DNA of 64,000 nucleotides, from the NCBI GenBank assembly GCA_050230475.1, contig JBFLGF010000004.1:62001-126000 (forward strand), given 5' to 3'. Below, one piece after another: positions 46,762 to 58,095 of this stretch (position 1 is the stretch's first letter; the number at the start of each line of letters is the position of its first letter). This DNA comes from Ancylonema sp. (taxonomy: Eukaryota). The notes below the pieces were generated by a model that was not told the DNA's origin, searched no databases, and saw nothing but the letters and a program-made list of their open reading frames with translations. The position numbers were made by a program, and so were the translations under genes.

Positions 46762-47979
46762 TACAAGGTTTTAACGGCGTGTATTTTATAGCCAGACTTG
46801 CTTGCTGACTACGGTGCTTTTTCATCATGAACGGGACAAGCCAGATTACCACAAAACGGATCGACAGCACTGAGTGTATTTTACCAAGGACGCAAGAAAT
46901 CTATCGCATTCAAAAACCAAAAAAAAACCCAATCATAAGCACGCCACTTGTAAAGCACTCTAGACCAATTGTAAGCACGCCGCTTGGCTTCGCATCAAGT
47001 CAGAACCGTAGTAATACCGATTCCACATTGTATTTCGGATAGGGATAACTGATTTGGATAAGGTATCATCATACTCGATGCGAATTGAGGTGCAGGAGAT
47101 ACTTGTCAAATCATGTGCCAGACGATTCGATGAGTCACAAGACGAGAGACTCACCATCAATCAGAAAATCCCTTAAGATGAAAATGGCTGTCGGAGAGCC
47201 ACCACGTCTACGGGCATACGATCTAGAGATCTTATCGAGATTGCTTGTCAACTTTCGTCTCGGAAGCGGAACATTCCGAAATCAACTTCTCCATCTCTCT
47301 GACAGCATCCTTTCCAGGCCTGCGAACAATTGCAGTCGCAAATCAGCAACATCGTTTCCCACCAATGTCTAGCTTTTATTCTCAGTATAATTTATCACAC
47401 TTACTGGACAACACAAAACGGCAGCTGGTATCCAGACAGAAATCTAGTTGGATTCATAACATCTAGATCGGAGTCGCTCTCACTGTCAGGCACACGTAAA
47501 TTACCTTGCACCACTAGCCTGCTCTTCCTCCACCATTTGGCGGAGATGGCGAATATTAGTTCTCACCGTACCAGCCACTTTCCGCACGTCACCTCTCATA
47601 AGCACTACGGCAGCTCCGAGGACGGCCGCAGTAATTATGAAGTTGAAAATGCCATGGTCGACAATCAACACCTAAGGGGCAATCGTAAGACACACAACCA
47701 CAAGTAGAACAAGCAGACGAGAGGGAGAGCAAGGCAGTCAAATAGGGAAAGAAAGAAGGTAAATAAATAAAGAAATAAAAAATAAAGAAGTGAAGACAGA
47801 AGGTGAAAGGAATGAAAGTAAAGAATGATTGCAGGGTTTCTGGGCAATTATGACAGCACCTTTAAACCAGTAGGTGGTCTCAGCCGCAGTATGTTGAGGT
47901 CTGATGCAAGTAGGCCGTCAAATCTGGCTCAAGTACTTCTCCGGATTAATCGATGTCGGGTTTCAGGTCAAGGGCATCA

Positions 47980-48632
47980 CAGTGCTCCCTCAATACAGTG
48001 CAGTCTTCATATAGTGACTTGTCATGCTCCCTCGATATTACGACCCTATTTATAACGACAACCTTGATATAACGACAGTTTTTCTGAACTTTTTCAAAAT
48101 CAATATGAAATCGCCCTCGATATAAGCATAACGACTCTCTATATAATGACAAATTATTTCAGAAATTTGTTACTAAATGTCGTTATAATGTGTATATAAC
48201 GCTATTGCTCGCTAATAACGATGTATGGAAATCGAGGAAAATCTAGAAACCTCATGAACGACACCTCAAATTTTCTACAACGTGTTCGAGTTGTTCCATA
48301 TGTCATATCAAGAGAACACCGCCTCTGTCCTCCTCGAATGGACCAGAATCAACTATTTTGTTCATCCGTATGTATCGGTATCAAGACGCACTTGTATAAC
48401 TCGAATATCAACACGCACGCTGAATTGGATAATCATGCCAAGGCAACTTACTTTAAGAAACACATAATAAACACATTTGCTTATTCACTTTGCTTCATTC
48501 GCAAAGCCCCTCAATACAAGGACAAAGATTTCAAATTATAGTACTCAATGTCGTTATACAGTGTATAATAACACCTCGATATAACGACATTTTTTTGGAA
48601 TTTTCTTTTGTCGTAATATCGAGGGAGCACTG
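47980..48632. mobile_element. pogo/Tigger-like MITE
   Basis: cagtgctccctc / tgctccctcgatattacga ... tcgtaatatcgagggagcactg|TA; homologous to 20429-21999. Confidence 0.8.
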
Positions 48633-49030
48633 TAGTGAATATTTGATAGGGGGACGTTAGGCAAATGTCACTATATCGAGAGCAAGTGAAATTTGGGTCG
48701 GTATTTTAAAGGGAGGTGGCTCATCTAAACGTCGTTTAATATAGTATCCTCTCGTTATAGCAATACCTGGCTACATGACTAATGTTTGAACCATTAAAAA
48801 AATGAAATTAGACTGGTTATTAATTTACACTTCAAATTTTGGGTGAAAACCAAAATCGGGCGGAATATTTTGTATTATTGGGGATTTTTGGGTCACTATA
48901 ACGTGTGTCACTATAGCGATTGTCACTATATACAGTAGGTTTTCATATAGGATCAGAAAAAGGGCCTAAAAAATGTCATTATATCGAAATTGTCAGAGTG
49001 TGTCACTCACTATATCAAGACTATATGTAT

Positions 49031-49283
49031 ATGGATCCTCTTTATTAGGACAGCCTCGATATGAGGACATTTTTGTTTTAAAATCAAATACAGAATTGCC
49101 CTTGTTAAAAGCATAACGACAATAAGGATAATTAATTTCAAAAACAATTTGGTGAATGTCCTTGTACTGTGCATAGAACGTTGTTTCTTGCATATAACGA
49201 TGTATGGAAATCGAGAAAAATATGGAATGAAAAAATTACGAAATAAAGTCGATGCAAGTGATGAAAATTATGGGTGCAAACTA
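49031..49283 (+). mobile_element. Fragment of the same pogo-like MITE family
   Basis: cctcgatatgaggacattttt...gtcgatgcaagtgatgaaaa.tatgggtgcaaacta matches 20470-20711. Confidence 0.65.
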
Positions 49284-49545
49284 AGAGCGTTGGCACAAAG
49301 ACATTGATTCGTTGAACTTGGAAGCTAATCAACGTTCACTCTATTACGAGATCCAAAGATTGAACATTGTAACCTTTCTAGATAGCGTGTGCTCAACATG
49401 ATGTGAGGTTTTTGTTCAAGAAAAAAATTTCAAAGACCAATAAAAATTGATTGAACACTAAATCGCCCTCCGAGGTTTCGAACCTCGAAGGACGGACCCG
49501 GGTCCGAGATGCGGATTTTCGAAAAAATCCGAAGGTTCGGATAAC

Positions 49546-52500
49546 TGTGAGAATTGGCTAGAAACTTTGTTGTATTGAAAACATTCGTTATATCGATTTT
49601 GTGGAAACATGCCTTCTTGCTAGACATTTTAGCAAGTATTCGTTAGAACGATACATCCGACAAGGCATGTTTAGTTAGGCCAAGTTGCGGCCGCCATAAT
49701 ATTGAATCGGACTCTTTGCAATCAATACTCGACTCTCTTGTATGGCATGCCGTGAATAAGTTTGATTCTGAAGATTGAAGCTATTGGTGTAAAGAAGGCA
49801 TCATGGATGACGGTAACGCTCACAGTGGTATCAGATCAAGATATACGATCTTGGATGGGGACCGCGTGCCATTTCAGGCATGGCGGTCGAAAACATGCGC
49901 ACTTTTAGATAATGAGGATTGTCTAGAAGTGTGTGGGGGACAGAGTTGGAGCCCGAGGTGGTATTGTCTAAACGAGATTCAGATCTTAATCTCACAAATT
50001 ACGAGGAAGTGGAAGACTACACGGAGGACCTGAAATTGTACCGGAAGAAATGTAAGCGCGCGGTCATGCTCATCATGTCGCTCGTGAGCAACAACATCGC
50101 GTGTGGTCTATAAAAATATCAGAAGGATCGGGACCCATAGGGGATGTGGGACAAGCTGATTTGGGATTATGACCAAGTCCCGCCCGAGCTTAGGCAACTC
50201 GCCAAGCAAAAGCTAAACTCGTTCAGAATCGACGAATCTAAGAGTGTACGGGACACCAGGGATGAGTTCACGGCTATCATAGAGGCTCTGGAATACCAGC
50301 TGCCGCTTGGTCAAGTCATTAGCGAGGAGGACAAGGTCATGGCGCTCTTTGCGGGGATGCCGCGCAAGGAGTACGGAATCCTGAAGGCGACATACTTCTC
50401 GCAGGTTGAGCCACCTGTTGAGCTGGATCTGGGGTCAACTCAGTCGCAACGAGCTCGAGGATGCTCAGGAGAGAACACCAGCCAAGGCCGAAGCGCTAGT
50501 CGCGGAGGCCAACTATGCGAAGTGGAACCGAGCTGCCGGGAAGGGTAGTTATGGGGGAGGCCGTGTCGGTGGAGGTGGACGCGGGGGGAAGGAAGCGGAT
50601 CTGGTCGAGGGGCAGGCGGCGGTCGCGGGGGCACCGTCACGTGTTACTCGTGCGGGATCTCCGGTCACGTCAGCAAAGACTGCCCTTACAAGGGACAGAT
50701 CTTCCATCACTGCGAGGCCACTCGTCACAATGCACGGTGCTGCTACGACAAAAAGAAGGGGGTGCCGTTTGGCCGACGTGCTGCCGGAAAACAGAAACTC
50801 GCCCTGGTCGGAGAATTCGAAGACCTGAACCTTGGTCATGGCGAAATTTGTATTGGAGAAGCCTGCGTTGGGGATCTAGACGGCATTTCATAATATCTGA
50901 TTGACAGGGGGGGCAGTGACCACACAGCCGGCAACATCAGCCACGTCTCGACCCTCGAGGATATTCCGCACGGGCTGGTGCTCGGGAAACTCCAGGGTAC
51001 GGTCCAAATGAAACAGTGGGGGACTGTCCACCTGAAGACGCATGAAGAATGTGGCGGCATCACCCTGCTCAATTGCCTGTACATTCTTGGGATGCGCCTG
51101 TAACTTATCAGCGGGCAACGGATGCGGTAGGCCGAATGGAGCTACACCTGTGCGAGGAAACCAGGCCAGATAGTCCCTCTGCTGCGCGAGGACGGCAAGC
51201 AGGTTGCGACGATTCGGGAAAACTTGGCAGGCCGCCACACCCTCATCTGCACTCCTCAGATTCGCAAAATCCCCTGCGAAGGGGAAGTTGCGCTTGCCGC
51301 TGTTGACGTAAACCACTTGCACATGCGATTGGGGCACGCAAATGAGCGCGTGCTCACAGCCATGGCAAATTCGAATCTGGTGAGGGGGCTGGAGGGCGGC
51401 ATTTCTGGAGCTCTCGTCAACTACGAGGGTTGTAAAATGGGGAAAGCGCACGACAAGCCGCACCCTTGCAAATCTGCTGACTTTGGAGAGAAGGTGTGCC
51501 ACCGTAGGGTGTCCGTGGATCTCGTTGGCCCGTTCGTTCCAACTTCCCTTGGGGGCGGCAAGTACAATATGGCACTTGTCGACGAGTACAACAGAAAATC
51601 TTGGGTGGAGATTATGCGCTCCAAAGACGAGGCTGCTAGGCGGCTCAAATAGTGGATCGCGATCTAGGAAACTCAGGCCGGCAGAAAATCTGCGGTCTCA
51701 CAACGGGGGGTAGTTTATTGACGGGAGCTTTCAGATCTGGCTCCGAAATCGGGGAACGAATCACAAGCCTACTCACCCGAACACCCCTCAGGCCAACGCC
51801 ATCACGGAGCGCATGAACAGAACGCTTCAGGACTACGCCCGGTCCATGCTGGTCGACATGAAGCTCCCTTCTCGCCTTGGCGAAGCGATTTCCTTCGCCT
51901 CCTACCTCAGAAATCGCTATCAGGTCGTGGGTCTCCCAAAGACCCCGGGGGAGATTTGGACTGGCAATCCGCCAAACGCCAACCACCTTCGCGCATATGG
52001 CTGCAAGGTCTACGTGTTGATGGACAAGCGCGAGCGCAAAGGGAAGATGGGACCCCTGGCGTGGATCGGGGTCAACGTGGGCTTCAAAGACTCTAGCTAC
52101 AGGGTGTGAGACCCCACCCCCAACGTCATCAGTAACGTTGGTGCCGGTCATGCCGATTTCGACGAATCTGTCCCACCAGAGTAATGGAAGGGGTAGCAGC
52201 TAGGGAAGAAAAACATGCTCGCTGAATCTCTAGAATTTGAGGAGATTCAATGGCCTGTTTCGCCGCGACAAGCAAGGGGAGGTGGCCATGGCGTCCAGGG
52301 TGCTGCAGGAGCTGGAGCTAGAGGTCGTGGCGGGGCAGGTGGGGGTGGGGGTTATAGAGGTGGGGGTGGTAGAGGTTGGGGTGCTGGGGGTGGAGGCGCT
52401 GGAGGTGGGGGTGCTGGAGGTGGGGGTGCTGGCGATGGGAGTGGTGGAGGTTGGGGTGATGGCGGTGGAGGCGCTGGAGGTTGTGATGCTGGAGGTGGGG

Positions 52501-54876
52501 GTTGGGGAATTGGAGGTTCGGGTGGTGGCGAGGAAGACGCAGTCCTTGACGGTGTGGGGAATCCCTTACCTCAGCGTTAGGACCTTCCTCCCCGTCACGA
52601 CCAGGATGCACCTATCCTCGTTAGCAACTCTAGCGGAGGTAGCTCCATGGATGAGCAGCTGGAGGACGGCCCTAAATGGTATCCTAGCGATGCAGACGCT
52701 GAGAATCTAGTCGGGGCCGGTCCCTACGGGAGGTGGTGTGGCAGGGGCTGCTGCTGGGGCTGGGTTGAGAGCAATCGCCGGAGTTCGGGTTGGAAGTGCG
52801 GGTGGGGCAGCTGGGGGCACCCGCCGATCTAGGAGAGTGAACTCTGGCAGTCCCCCTGTCAGATTCGTGGCAGGGTACGCTGCACATCTGGCGCAAGAAG
52901 TCAGCACACCAAAATCTGTCGGAGCCGCTCTCCGCAGTCCAAAAAGTGCCAAGTGGCAGGCTGTCATGAATTCTGAGATGGCCAACTTGAAGGAGAACAA
53001 TGTCTTTCGGGTAGTATATCGACCTCCTGGGGTGAAAGTAGTCAAATGCAAGGGGTGGGTGGTCGCAAAGGGGTTCAGCGAGGTGGAAGGCGTGGACTAC
53101 GACCAGACCTTCTCCCCAACTGTGCGTTTCGAGGGGATCCGTTAGCTGGTCGCCCTTGGAGCCTCCTAACAGCTCCACGTGCACCAGATGGACGTCACGA
53201 CCGGCTTCCTCCACGCCCCTTTGGAGGAGATCAACTACATGGAGCCCCCTGAAGGGACTTGCGAGCGAGGGGATGAAGGAAAGTTATGGCTCCTCCTGAG
53301 GTGCGTGTACGGCCTCAAACAGTCCCCTCGCATGTGGAACGCTCATATCGATGAGGTTCTACGGGGACTAGGATTCCGCCGTCTGCAGTCCGATTTCGGG
53401 CTGTACGTCAAGGGGTCTGGCCTTGACGCCCTCTACCTGACCCTCTACGTGGACGACTTGTTCCTTTTGTCCAAGGAGCTCAGGAGGATTTTGGGGGTCA
53501 AGGTGCAGCTAGGGGAGAAGTTCCGCATGCAGAATCTGGGGGAGGCCAAATTTCTCTTGGGCTTGGAGATCAAGAGGCAACCAGATGGGGGTGTGTTAAT
53601 TTGTCACAAGAAGTACGCTCGGGAGGTGCTGGGAAAGTTCAACATGCTAGCGTGCAACCCTGCAGCCATCCCTCTTGAGGTTGGCAAGGACTTCTGTAAG
53701 GACCCTGGGCCAGTGGCAGACTTCGTGTGGGAGGGGGTGGCGGATGTCCCGTATAGGTCTGCAATGGGCAGCCTTCTCTACCTGTGCTCAGGGACGCGTC
53801 CTCACCTAGCGACAGCTGTCAACAACCTCTGCCGCTATTGTCAAAATCCAGCAGCCCAGCACTAGGAGGGGGTAAAGAGGGTGCTAAGGTACATTAGGGG
53901 CACCTTAACTCATGGGCTGCTGTATCAGAGTGGGGGTGAGCTGCCTGTTTGGGGCTACTCGGACAGCCGTCACGGCGATGATGAGGCTACGCGCAAGGGC
54001 AAGGGAGGGTATGTGTTCATCAGTGGGGGGGCTGCAATCAACTGAAGGAGCAGCTTGCTAGAGACGGTTACTCATAGCAGCTTTGAGAGTGAGTATGTGG
54101 CCCTCAGTACAGCTGGCAATGAGGCCCTCTACCTTCGCCACTTACAAGGGGAGTTGGGCATTGCTAGTGCTGCTGGGGTTCTCTTGCAGGGAGATAATGA
54201 GTCCTCTCTCAAGCTTGCAGAGAACCCAGTATTTCATCGTCGCTCAAAGCATATTGAGTTGAAGTGGCACTATTCGGGAGAGGGTAGCCAAAGGATTGAT
54301 CAGGTTGCAGTTTGTTAAGAGTGAGTTTCAGGCAGCTGATATGCTCACTAAGGCAGTCCCAGTTAAGATCCTTCAAGCAAATTGTGCAATGATTAGGCTT
54401 GTTGTTGCCCCTTAGGAGTTATTGCTTGGGAGGGGGGGGGAGGAACCTCTTGTTTCGGAGGGGGCAGTTTGTTTTTGGTTGGGAGGGGGTGGTTTGTTTT
54501 TTGATTGGGAGGGGGTAGTTCTGTTGGGGGGGAAACTTTGGTGTGAAAAATCGATATCGCTGACATGATTTTTGGAGGGGGTGTGCCAAAGTTTCTAGGG
54601 AGGGGGTGTGAGAATTCACTAGAAATTTTGTTGTATTGAGAATATTCGTTATATCGATTTTGTGGAAACATGCCTTCTTGCTATATATTTTAGCAAGTAT
54701 TCGTTAAAACGATACATCCGACAAGGCATGTTTACTTAGGCCAAGTTGCGGCCACCATAATATTCAATCGGACTCTTTGCAATCAAGACTCGAACTCTCT
54801 TGTATGGCATGTCGTGAATCAGTTTGATTCTGAAGCTATTGGTGTAAAGACATCATGGATGACGGTAACGCTCACA
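49546..54876 (+). mobile_element. Full-length but decayed Ty1/copia LTR retrotransposon
   Basis: LTRs 49546-49824 and 54607-54876 (TGTGAG...CTCACA); TSD ATAAC/GTAAC (1 mismatch); PBS TGGTATCAGA (tRNA-iMet type) at 49826; PPT agggaggggg. Gag zinc knuckle CYSCGISGHVSKDC, HMRLGH, integrase VDLVGP, RT HQMDV/YGLKQSPR/LYVDD, RNase H ENPVFHRRSKHI. Many stops and frameshifts. Confidence 0.97.
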
Positions 54877-56454
54877 GTAACTATGGCGTAAAGCCCTTTC
54901 TATAAAAACCCTATCTATGGAGCCCTATCTATGAAGCCCTATCTATGAAGCCATATCTATCGTTGTTTTCAAGTATCAATGGGATAAGATAGTTATCGGG
55001 AGGTAATTTCCAGTATCCAATGAAATTGTTGCAAACTTCAAGATCAAAGATGATGCAAGTATACAAGGAAGACATAAATAAATCACGGACGACAATGTAG
55101 CACATGATCTTCACATATATTTTTTCACACCTTGACGACCCAAATGAGACAAAAGCAATTCCTCTTCACTTCCACATTGTAAAAACTACATGCAATTGCG
55201 AAGAAAGTATCATAATTAAAATGCTATTTTCACGTATTTTATTTGGAAGCTGGATCTACAAGTTTTTGAAGTTGATGGTTTGAGACCCTTTCGCTGGATT
55301 TAAGTGAAGCTTGCTCAGTTGAGTCTCGGCAATGATTGTAAGCAATCACATATACGAGGAAGCTTTCGAAGCTTATTCGTTGATATACTCACTGCTAGTA
55401 AGCTATCACACATTGCAAACTAGTCGGCAGCGAGTGACACATAACTGAAGTTGATTATTCTATTTATTTTTTCCGACCCAATGCATACAATTTTAAATTA
55501 TGTTTAGTTTTCATTTTCTCCTCCACGAAAGAACTGTTACATTCGGACTAGAATAATCTTAATACCGCAAGTCCGAATGTTGAGCTTGACAGGGAGGACT
55601 TTGGTTCGAGATCCGGACCAGTCCGAACCACAATTCGATATCCCTGTTATTATGACCTCAATAATGCAGATTGTTTATTATTTCTTTTGATTAATTATCT
55701 GCAGTGCAAATTCTGCACGACGTTCGTCATCCACACAAAAATATTTTTTTCTATTGAATGTCTCATACAAGTAAAATACGGTCACATAAAAAATGCGTTG
55801 CATGGAATCCAGCGTTGTGTATGTGACCAAAAAACCGTCACGTGCATTTTCATTTGAGAGACTGGTTCCTATAGTCCCGAGAGTTCTCCCTCCTCATGTG
55901 GCTTTCTAGGTAGTGGATCATCACGGAAATTGAGTAAGCTTGAGTAAGAGGTATGAATGGATAATATAGTTGCAACTAGTAATTTGTTACATTCACACCT
56001 TATAGGTCAACAAACATGATTCAAAATTTCTCAGATGTTTGACGACCACTGATTCTTGTGATGAAACCCTCGAAATGAGCATATACACAACGAGTTGGGG
56101 GAGTGAACTCTATTCGAAATGTACATCTACGCGATAAAAATGGGAGAAGGAGTCGAAACCTAACTTCCGCTCACACCAACTCTATAACTTCTCCCTCCAT
56201 TGCACACCATGAACCAACGACGGGAGCAACACTCCATAGTACCAAGCAAGCCTTGTACACTTAAATGCCTAGCTAATGACCTACAATTTTGTACATACAT
56301 GCTACAATTTGTACATTGCCCAACAATGGAAGTTGAGTCAAATAGTATACTAATTCACAAATCTCCCTACACGTGCGGCGTGGCACGACACAGCCATCAT
56401 AACTCCCATGGTCAAATGCCAAGCCACAGTCACAAATCCTGCCAAACCTTGGTC

Positions 56455-57673
56455 CTACTCAACATCAGGTCCCTGTGCCATTGTCGCGGCCCAGGAGCCT
56501 GGTTTGTTGTTCATCCTCTTTTGGAGCCCGTTTAGTTGAGAGCCCACCTGAGCACGCCAGCTGCACATAGTTACTTCCTGCACGATCAGCCACTTCTCCG
56601 CGTTTACAACCCGTAGTAATATTGTTGAAAACCAAGTCAACTTTGTGTCTTTGAATTCCCTCCATTGTAATGGATCATGGCATTCCTGACAAACTTCATT
56701 CCTCCTAGCTCCTGACTAAGGCTTCTGTGAGCTGCAAACTGCCAGATTGCTCGCTTGTGCCCACTTCATGTGACAGGACCAGACCAGATCAGACCAGAGC
56801 AGACCAGACTAGACCAGCTGCCCCATGAAATGTTGGTTGTTGTGCTCATTTGTTTACTTCCCATGAGCACTGGTCGAGGCATATTCCTGTGGTGCCCTTG
56901 CAGCAGGTTCCTCACCTGTTCCTCAAGGTTGCTCCACTGACACTGCCCCTCCCATGGTCTCCCCTCCTTTTGCCACGGCCGCCGCCTTCCAAGTCCCCCA
57001 CCCCTTTTGACAAAACTCGGGTGCCTCATCTCATAATCATACAGAACTTTCCTTTGAGGGTCTACGAGTGTCTCATAGGCTTCCTGCACCTCAATGAACC
57101 TCCGCGTACACTCCTCGGGAGTCAACTCGCCGACGAGCTGACATACATCCGGATGCCAGAGGCGTGCTAACTGACGATATGCCGACTTGATTTCGCCCAC
57201 CTCCACGTTTGGGGTTAATCCCAGAACAGTATAGAGGCGCCAAGGGTCACGGTTATCGGCAGCTGGCCACTTTAAGGGGGACGAATAGCCAGGAAGCTTG
57301 GCGGAAACGGATTGTCGCCCGACAAGAGGGCGGGCTGATGGTCGGCGTGTGTGTACAAACGGCACAAGTGTAGCGATGTTGTGCTTTAAATCTCCAGCAG
57401 CGCACTTCGATACTGGAAGACGGGCGGAGAAGGAAACATGATGATGTCGATTGAATGGGGACAGGCAAGGGGACGTAAGATGATCTGGACAGCCAGCCAA
57501 ATGCGAGCGGGACATTTGTTATATGAACCTGAACCGACGGAAGAGGGGCATTGGAGATGAAGGTTATGGATGTTTGTTCTCGCATGGAGTTTGATAGGAG
57601 ATTCCTTCCTACTGTATCGTGCTGGAAAATGCATTCGACCAAGTCCAGGAGCGGACACAATGTGCGCCTGCAA
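56455..57673 (-). CDS. Plastid-type class C J-domain (DnaJ) protein, AtJ20/J11-like, probably 3 exons
   Basis: J domain LYTVLGL...IKSAYRQLARLWHPDV...FIEVQEAYETLVDPQRKVLYD. Exons 57673-57529, 57412-56916 and 56577-56455 are phase-compatible. The last exon WRAQVGSQLNGLQKR...SWAATM resembles the plant J20 C-terminus. Confidence 0.85.
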
Positions 57674-58095
57674 GATGATGTGTCATGAGGGTGTCAAAGA
57701 TACATGTGACCGTGCGCCACAGGGCGGAACTCCCTTTCGAGTTCTAGTGGCGTAAGCCCAGGTGGCCTGTTCACACGCAGCAAATAACTTGAGAACTGAA
57801 TTCTCTAAGCTCCGCCACGTGTGGTTATTTTCCCATCATTGGACCGAAATAAAAACGTACGGATGCAGATGTTTTCTGGATGTTAGAATTTGCAGAATAA
57901 ATCGATCTGATTGGGGAAAATATTTAAACGAAAGGGTGTACCGAGAGGAGTTATGTTCACACCATATATGAATACGTGTTTCAGTGTGACGAGTCAGCCG
58001 TCGGTCAACGGAACTGAAAGCTACGGCTACCTGCAAGGCGGCAATCTTTCTTCTGCCACTTCAAGAGAGCAGGAGAGCGAGCAGTGAGAAATGCC

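Noticed and set aside
56766..56915. C-terminus of the 249-aa DnaJ ORF
   Set aside because: It runs through a CAG|GTGAGG donor into a (gacca)n-containing intron; the conserved-looking tail is at 56577-56455.
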